This document shows, one piece after another, positions 58,421 through 64,000 of a stretch of DNA of 64,000 bases. This DNA is from Chitinivibrionales bacterium (GTDB taxonomy: Bacteria > Fibrobacterota > Chitinivibrionia > Chitinivibrionales > WJKA01), in the NCBI GenBank assembly GCA_038247415.1, contig JBBRUX010000005.1, positions 59,504 to 123,503 on the forward strand, in the 5' to 3' direction. Position 1 is the first letter of the stretch. Each line of letters opens with the position of its first letter. The position numbers and the translations under genes are program-made. The notes beneath the pieces are model-generated. The model was not told where the DNA came from. It made no database searches and was given only the letters and a program-made list of their open reading frames with translations.

Positions 58421-59433
58421 TCCAGTTTCATTGCCCCTTTATCGATTGTAAGATTTGTAACTCTAAAAAATCGATCGTTTATCGAATTAGTGTTTGTAAG
58501 AGAAGATATACTTAAGTAAACCGGCTTGAGCGTAAATACATACGCCGAATTTGCAACAATATCTCGCTTTCCGGAATACGAAACTCGATATATTGTCAGC
58601 ATAGAATCCCGACGTTCCATAAATAAAGGGCCGTTTAAAATTTCCCGCGTTTGAAACCGATCTTCTTGACTCAATGCGCCAACATCGTATTCATATTTTA
58701 GAATATTTCCTTTTGCAACAATCCAGAGGTCAGCTATGCTGGCATCAAGGATGCTAGTATCGGTTGTTGTAGAAAGTTTAAAACCCACCCTAAACGTATC
58801 GGTAACACTGCCGATACTCATCAAATAATTTAAGGAAATTTTAAAGTCTCCACAAAGAGAAAACTTGCTTGTCAACGAAAGCAATCGCTCTTGAGCAGGT
58901 ATCGTGGCATCTGCTTTAAAATACAATGCTAAGCCTGTATAGGTTGACGTTGGATCGTGCCGGATAATCCCAATAGAATCTGAAGGATCATCAAAGCTTT
59001 TCCAATAGGTCATCGACGCAGGGTTATCTAAAAACTGATCCTGAAACATTTTATGTATATGATAGGGGACAGAAACATAGGCACCAGAGGGATCTGAAAT
59101 AAATACCGAATCGAATTTCCCAAAAGAATTAAGGGTATCAGAGAAAAGGCCCAATGAATCTGCAGGGAGCATTAAGGCGATTTTTTTCTCCCCAAGGCCT
59201 TCGTTGAGATACTCGCTGGTACCGGGCCACGAGGTGTCGGTTACCAATAAGCGCGTATCGTTAAGATCTTTCACCGATAATGTGCACACAGTAGAATCCG
59301 GATACCAGAGGGTGTCAATCAACTCGCGTGGACTATTAATTCCTAAGCTTGGGACGTTATTATGCAGCGGAACATCCAAGTCATGGGTGCAGTCAACCAG
59401 ACCTGCAAGCATACACAAAAGGAATATTCTCAA
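58417..59433 (-). CDS. Hypothetical exported protein / putative lipoprotein (start uncertain, 59433-59481)
   Basis: Hydrophobic N-terminus ending LAGLVDC; beta-rich body; ATGA-coupled to the downstream activator gene. Confidence 0.6.
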   Translation of the reverse strand: MRIFLLCMLAGLVDCTHDLDVPLHNNVPSLGINSPRELIDTLWYPDSTVCTLSVKDLNDTRLLVTDTSWPGTSEYLNEGLGEKKIALMLPADSLGLFSDTLNSFGKFDSVFISDPSGAYVSVPYHIHKMFQDQFLDNPASMTYWKSFDDPSDSIGIIRHDPTSTYTGLALYFKADATIPAQERLLSLTSKFSLCGDFKISLNYLMSIGSVTDTFRVGFKLSTTTDTSILDASIADLWIVAKGNILKYEYDVGALSQEDRFQTREILNGPLFMERRDSMLTIYRVSYSGKRDIVANSAYVFTLKPVYLSISSLTNTNSINDRFFRVTNLTIDKGAMKLE

Positions 59434-59443
59434 GTACCCTATG

Positions 59444-60280
59444 TTATAAAAACCAAACAAAAGAAACTCCCGTTGCATCAATTTTTAAGTGTGCCGAAGA
59501 TATCATTTTTACCTGCATACCATGTATGTTCTTTACAGTTAGAAAAGAAAACACAGTCCCACATCCTAAAGAAACTAATCCAACGCCTGTCGCAACCATC
59601 GTGATGAGATCGGATTTTCTCACTTTTATTTTTAATGCATCGTATTGAGCTCGATCCCCCACCTCTGCTGCGGTGAGAAAATCTTGATAATACTTTTTTG
59701 ATGCTGTAGCGCCTTCAATTAAAAATGCGCATGCACCTGCGGAAACTCCAAAAGAGACGATCGTTGATGCGAGATTAATTCCCACTCCCTGTCGTTTGTT
59801 CTGCAATTCGATGGAAGCAAGCAATTTGTGGTTAGATTCCAATTCTCGTTCATGAAGAGCCGAAAGAGAATCTTTAAGCGCTCCTTCTCGCCGTTTTCCA
59901 ATAACATCTAATTGAGCCGCCGTTATAAAATTGTACATTTCGGAAGAAATATATTCGGAATCGAGCCTAAAGAGGGAATCACACTGATACGCAGTCTCAA
60001 ATTCATGAGCAGCTTCTATCATTTTTTTTAAAGCATAGTTCGAAACACCCAAATAAGAATGCATCAAAGCACACAGAGCAGGATTCTGCAGAGAATCCGC
60101 TATATTGACAAAAGGAATTACACCTTCGTAGAGTTGTTTATATTCTCCCCACTCAAAATGTTGCCTAAGACTCGTTAGCGAATCCTCAACAGATTGTGAA
60201 AAAGCAAACGTCGAAGCAAGTAGCGTGAGTAGCAATGCTCTACAAAGGGATTTATTCAAAATTAGCACAGAAATTCCCAA
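59444..60280 (-). CDS. Hypothetical exported protein with TPR-like N-terminus and C-terminal hydrophobic segments
   Basis: Signal peptide; YLGVSNYAL...AAHEFETAY TPR-like helix pair; two C-terminal hydrophobic stretches. Confidence 0.65.
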   Translation of the reverse strand: MGISVLILNKSLCRALLLTLLASTFAFSQSVEDSLTSLRQHFEWGEYKQLYEGVIPFVNIADSLQNPALCALMHSYLGVSNYALKKMIEAAHEFETAYQCDSLFRLDSEYISSEMYNFITAAQLDVIGKRREGALKDSLSALHERELESNHKLLASIELQNKRQGVGINLASTIVSFGVSAGACAFLIEGATASKKYYQDFLTAAEVGDRAQYDALKIKVRKSDLITMVATGVGLVSLGCGTVFSFLTVKNIHGMQVKMISSAHLKIDATGVSFVWFL

Positions 60281-60411
60281 ATCTTGTTTTTTAAAACTTC
60301 ATCACCTCGCGCGTTTGCACACAACTTTATTTGTTGCTACACAAAGCTAGTATAATGAAATATACCTCATTGGCGAGCAGAGGCAATAGTACTGATCCTA
60401 CTATGGGGAAC

Positions 60412-62007
60412 TTAGTGATCTTGAAACGTGATTGAAGAATCAGACTGTTCTTCTTTTGCAAGATTTTTGCTAACCGTGAGCGTTTCGGCTGCTGCCAGAG
60501 AAAACTTCTCGATAATAGGCTGATGCATATCTTTGCGGATTTCGAAGGTATGAACGCCCTGATTTAATTCGATAACGTCAAGTGGTGTTTGTCCATATGC
60601 TTTGCCATCGATATACACTCGTGCAAAGGGCGGTCGCGTTTTAAATACAACATATCCTTTTTGATCGATGCCGGAAGCTTGCAAGCTTGGACTGCCTAGG
60701 CTTTGAGCAAGAAGAACACTTTCAATAATCTGGTTCTCCTTATGGATTTTTTTTCGTGGTGACCCTAAAAGAACCCCAGCAATAGAATCTTGGGCACGAG
60801 CACGTACGGCCGTACCCTGCGCTTTGGAAGCACTTGGTTTATGCGGCGCATTGCGAGGCGAAACGCCCACATGAGTTGCTTGGAGATACTTAATGAAGGG
60901 AGGAAGAACAACAACACCTCCCGTAAAGACAAGCAGAATGCTCCCTGCAAAAACGCCTATTTTACGCCAGTAAAAAAGTGTCGTTATTAAAGTCTGAAGC
61001 CTGGCATTCGCTCCTTGCAAAGGCAAAAAAAGATCGGCAGTAGAGAGGGCACGCAAAGCAACCACGAGTTTTCGGGATTTATATGCGCTATGCGCCTGCT
61101 TGCACAGGAAACTATAAATTTCAACATTTTCTTGAATCTTGACGGCTTGGGGGTTGCTACAAAAGCTTGCAAGTCTATTTTTCCCATGCGGGATCTGATT
61201 GACCTGAAAGAAGCTCTCAATTGTTGCGATACATTCTTCGATAGTTGCTCGCTGGGCAACTGGCTTAACAAGGCATCGATCTATTATGCGCGCCAAAGTA
61301 CTCAATACCCGACTATCGAAATCATCGGCTGGAGTATGTATTGAATTAAGAATAGCATACATGATTGCATGCGGGTTCTCTCCGGTAAACGGAAGTACCC
61401 CGGTAGCACACTGGTACAGCAGTGCTCCCGCAGAAAAAATATCTGTATGAACGGTAACTCTCTTGCCCTCGGACTGCTCTGGAGAAATGTATTGCGGGGA
61501 TCCAATGAGCGTGCCGGTCATGGTCATGCTTTCGGAATCGAGCAGATGCGCTATTCCAAAATCCATGATCTTCAAAGTTCCCGATTTGTCAATCATGATA
61601 TTAGTAGGCTTAATATCCCTATGGCAAATTCCTTTGGCATGCGCTGCCGATAAACCACTAAAAAGCTGTAAGGCTATTTCCAATAATACAAGATTAGGAA
61701 ATTTGGAATACGTCTGCAGATAATTCAGCAGGTTTTTGCCCTCGATATATTCCATAACAAGAAAGCGACTTCCACCTTTCTCTCCATAATCAAAAAGCTT
61801 AACAACATTTTCATGTGATAACGACGCAATGGCAAAGGCCTCATTGGTAAACCGCTTTATTGCATCGGGATTTTCCATCAGATGGGGATGAATAATCTTG
61901 AGGGCTACAGGCCTATTGAGTGTTGTATCGATACCATGAAATACCGTGGCCATACCACCGGAATCGATTTTTTCTATAATAGAATAACGTTGAGGAGCTT
62001 CGAACAT
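60412..62007 (-). CDS. Hanks-type Ser/Thr protein kinase with TM helix and C-terminal PEGA domain
   Basis: GGMATVF, VALK, HRDIKPTN, MDFG, GSPQYISPE, DIFSAG; TRPPFARVYIDGKAYGQTP (PEGA). Confidence 0.95.
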   Translation of the reverse strand: MFEAPQRYSIIEKIDSGGMATVFHGIDTTLNRPVALKIIHPHLMENPDAIKRFTNEAFAIASLSHENVVKLFDYGEKGGSRFLVMEYIEGKNLLNYLQTYSKFPNLVLLEIALQLFSGLSAAHAKGICHRDIKPTNIMIDKSGTLKIMDFGIAHLLDSESMTMTGTLIGSPQYISPEQSEGKRVTVHTDIFSAGALLYQCATGVLPFTGENPHAIMYAILNSIHTPADDFDSRVLSTLARIIDRCLVKPVAQRATIEECIATIESFFQVNQIPHGKNRLASFCSNPQAVKIQENVEIYSFLCKQAHSAYKSRKLVVALRALSTADLFLPLQGANARLQTLITTLFYWRKIGVFAGSILLVFTGGVVVLPPFIKYLQATHVGVSPRNAPHKPSASKAQGTAVRARAQDSIAGVLLGSPRKKIHKENQIIESVLLAQSLGSPSLQASGIDQKGYVVFKTRPPFARVYIDGKAYGQTPLDVIELNQGVHTFEIRKDMHQPIIEKFSLAAAETLTVSKNLAKEEQSDSSITFQDH

Positions 62008-62093
62008 ACACCGAAAACACCCTATTAGGTTGAAATACCACTATCAGACCATACTACATAAAGATACTAAGTACTAGTCTTTCGCCACCACAT

Positions 62094-62126
62094 AAAAAAA
62101 CCACATGCCTCAAAGACATGTGGTTT
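62094..62126 (-). terminator. Intrinsic terminator after the CoA-transferase gene
   Basis: Minus strand AAACCACATGTC-TTTGA-GGCATGTGG followed by a T-tract. Confidence 0.8.
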
Positions 62127-62158
62127 GCAAATAGAGAGCCAACGCAAAAAAAAAGAAA

Positions 62159-64000
62159 TTAGGCCCCTTCGATATCAAATGAAATCTTAAAATTTTCGCC
62201 TTCTTTTTGCGTTGAAATTTTAAACCCTGTATTATAAAAAACTGCAAGCATAGAGGGATTTTCACCAACTACATTGGCATCACATCCCTTGACACCGCGC
62301 TTTTTTGCTACCTCAATAAGAATATCGAACAGATACGTGCCAATACCCTTTGATTGCCAATCATCGCGCACCAGAAAAGAAATTTCGGCACGATTTGTTT
62401 CGGGATTAAGTGTGTATCGACTTAATGCGACAACTTGATCTCCACCTGTTTCCTGAACCACGGCAATAACCACCATGTCTTTGCTATAATCTACGTTTGT
62501 AAATTCTTGAACAAATCGATGCGGAAAGGATTTAATTGGCTTGAAAAAACGGAATGCTATTGAGCGTTCGGAACACCCGTACAACATATCGCGAATAATT
62601 TTTTCGTCGGTAACCCGGATAGGCCTAAAAAAGAGCTCTGTGCCATCCGAAAGAGGCATAAAACGCTCAATTTCACGAGGATATTGCACGGTTTTTCCGC
62701 CAAGAGCTAGCTGATCAGAGAAAACATATTTACGCGCTTTTGCTTGCTTAAGAATATCATCTCTAAAATCGGGATGTGCTATTTCTGCAAGAGCTACAAC
62801 ACGTTCGCGGATACTTTTACCTTCGAGATCTGCAATGCCATATTCGGTCACTACATAATGCACATCAGCCCGATTAAGAGCAACTCCCGAACCTTCTGGC
62901 AATGAAGCGACAATACGCGAACTTTTCCCATCGGAGCTTCTGGAAGGAAGAACAATAATCGATTTGCCCCCCTTGGAACGCAATGCACCTCTGCTAAAAT
63001 CTACCGCACCGCCTAGTCCCCCACAAAAATCATAGCCAATCGAATCGAAAACGACCTGTCCTGTCATATCGATCTGATGTGCTTGATTAATAGCAATGAA
63101 ACGGGCATTTTGACTTATGACAAAAGGATCTGCAACATATTCTGCAGGACGAAATTCAAACGTTTGATTTTCGTGGATGAGTGTATACAATTTTTTAGTA
63201 CCGCACGCGCAGCTAGCAATCACTTTGCCACGATTGATACTTTTACGTTTTCCATTAACAATGCCTTTTTCTATCAAACTGACAATTTCATCAGTTATCA
63301 TTTCGGTATGAATACCAATATCTTTTTTATCTGATAGAAAGCGCAACACCATTTGAGGTATATCACCAAGGCCTGGCTGAATAGTTGCCCCATCATCAAT
63401 CAATTGGGCGACATTGTTTGCAATTGCCTCAGAAACATGATCGGTATCTGGTAGCGTGCGCTCAACCAATGAATCTGAACTCTCAACAATCGCGTCGATC
63501 ATATCGAGGGAAAGCAGCGTATCACCTTGTGTTCGGGGAACATTTTTATTTACTTCTGCAATAACTAACACAGCATTTTGCACTGCCGATTTAACAATAT
63601 CAATAGAGACACCAAAACTTACAAAACCATTCGCATCGGGAGGGCTCACCTGAATCACAGCAGCGTCCAGAGGAATACGTCCTTTTGCAAAAAGGCTAGA
63701 AATTTCAGAGAGGGTAACAGGGAGATAATCGCCGTCGCCAGCCTGAATTGTAGTGCAGAGATTTTGACCAGCATAAAAGGCAACAGTCCGAAATTTTTTA
63801 GAATTTTCACCCGTTGCAATGGGCGCTGTTCCAAACGTAAGATACTGGTACAATTCTCCATCGAGAATATCGTGCTTTCCAGAAACGAGTTCAGTAACAA
63901 TTCCCTGTGGAACGCTACACCCCGAACCCACAAATACACGAGGCCCACCAGTTTTAATGAGCCGTATAGCCTCTTGCGCCGACATTAATTTAGTCTTATA
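62159..64000 (-). CDS. Acetyl-CoA hydrolase/CoA-transferase fused to C-terminal GNAT acetyltransferase (probably 5' partial)
   Basis: GIHTEM, GLGGAVDF, VVTEYGIADL, IAHPDFR; GNAT AEISFLVRDDWQSKGIGT. The frame stays open (YKTKL) to the window end. Confidence 0.9.
   Translation of the reverse strand, partial: YKTKLMSAQEAIRLIKTGGPRVFVGSGCSVPQGIVTELVSGKHDILDGELYQYLTFGTAPIATGENSKKFRTVAFYAGQNLCTTIQAGDGDYLPVTLSEISSLFAKGRIPLDAAVIQVSPPDANGFVSFGVSIDIVKSAVQNAVLVIAEVNKNVPRTQGDTLLSLDMIDAIVESSDSLVERTLPDTDHVSEAIANNVAQLIDDGATIQPGLGDIPQMVLRFLSDKKDIGIHTEMITDEIVSLIEKGIVNGKRKSINRGKVIASCACGTKKLYTLIHENQTFEFRPAEYVADPFVISQNARFIAINQAHQIDMTGQVVFDSIGYDFCGGLGGAVDFSRGALRSKGGKSIIVLPSRSSDGKSSRIVASLPEGSGVALNRADVHYVVTEYGIADLEGKSIRERVVALAEIAHPDFRDDILKQAKARKYVFSDQLALGGKTVQYPREIERFMPLSDGTELFFRPIRVTDEKIIRDMLYGCSERSIAFRFFKPIKSFPHRFVQEFTNVDYSKDMVVIAVVQETGGDQVVALSRYTLNPETNRAEISFLVRDDWQSKGIGTYLFDILIEVAKKRGVKGCDANVVGENPSMLAVFYNTGFKISTQKEGENFKISFDIEGA

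Noticed and set aside
57899..58519. 206-aa plus-strand ORF
   Set aside because: Antisense to the sigma54 activator and lipoprotein genes; no recognisable features.
1..64000. tRNA, rRNA, CRISPR arrays, integrases, transposases, prophage genes
   Set aside because: None recognised by eye; tRNAscan-SE, Infernal and ISEScan were not run.

Overview
A gene-dense chromosomal window of moderate GC content from a flagellated, diderm, anaerobic bacterium. The gene set (DUF2341/PKD/T9SS-like giant surface protein, flgFGAHI, sigma54 signalling, Hnd-type [FeFe]-hydrogenase) suggests Fibrobacterota/Chitinivibrionia; this is inference, not a search result. In order: (1) a FeeM-like N-acyl amino acid synthase, a methyltransferase, an orphan ORF and two paralogous GAF histidine kinases, the first with a V4R/H-NOX-like sensor and broken by a 25-bp insertion containing a 17-bp duplication; (2) a small gene behind a sigma54-type promoter, then earP-efp (Arg32 type); (3) acyltransferase, lemA-TPM-TPM, pepA-cvpA-pilD; (4) a TetR-TolC-HlyD-ABC efflux operon; (5) a decayed hicBA locus; (6) a ~1790-aa secreted protein; (7) ffs-dnaX (A13 slippage site)-ybaB-recR-pgpA-rpiB::PilZ-cinA; (8) small accessory genes flanked by REP/MITE-like repeats; (9) an [FeFe]-hydrogenase region: hndA-HATPase-hndB-hndC-hndD, a structured attenuator-like leader, TM1266-aspA-hydF-hydG-hydE, and a divergent DRTGG-CBS/kinase-DRTGG-PHP::Rex cluster; (10) flgFGAHI behind a sigma54 promoter, preceded by a Ser/Thr kinase-TPR-lipoprotein-FHA/GAF sigma54 activator module; (11) a CoA-transferase::GNAT fusion. 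Best novelty candidates are the riboswitch-like leader gating hydrogenase maturation genes, the acyl-amino-acid synthase/V4R kinase module, and the RpiB-PilZ and PHP-Rex fusions. All calls come from motif recognition by eye; no database searches or folding programs were run.
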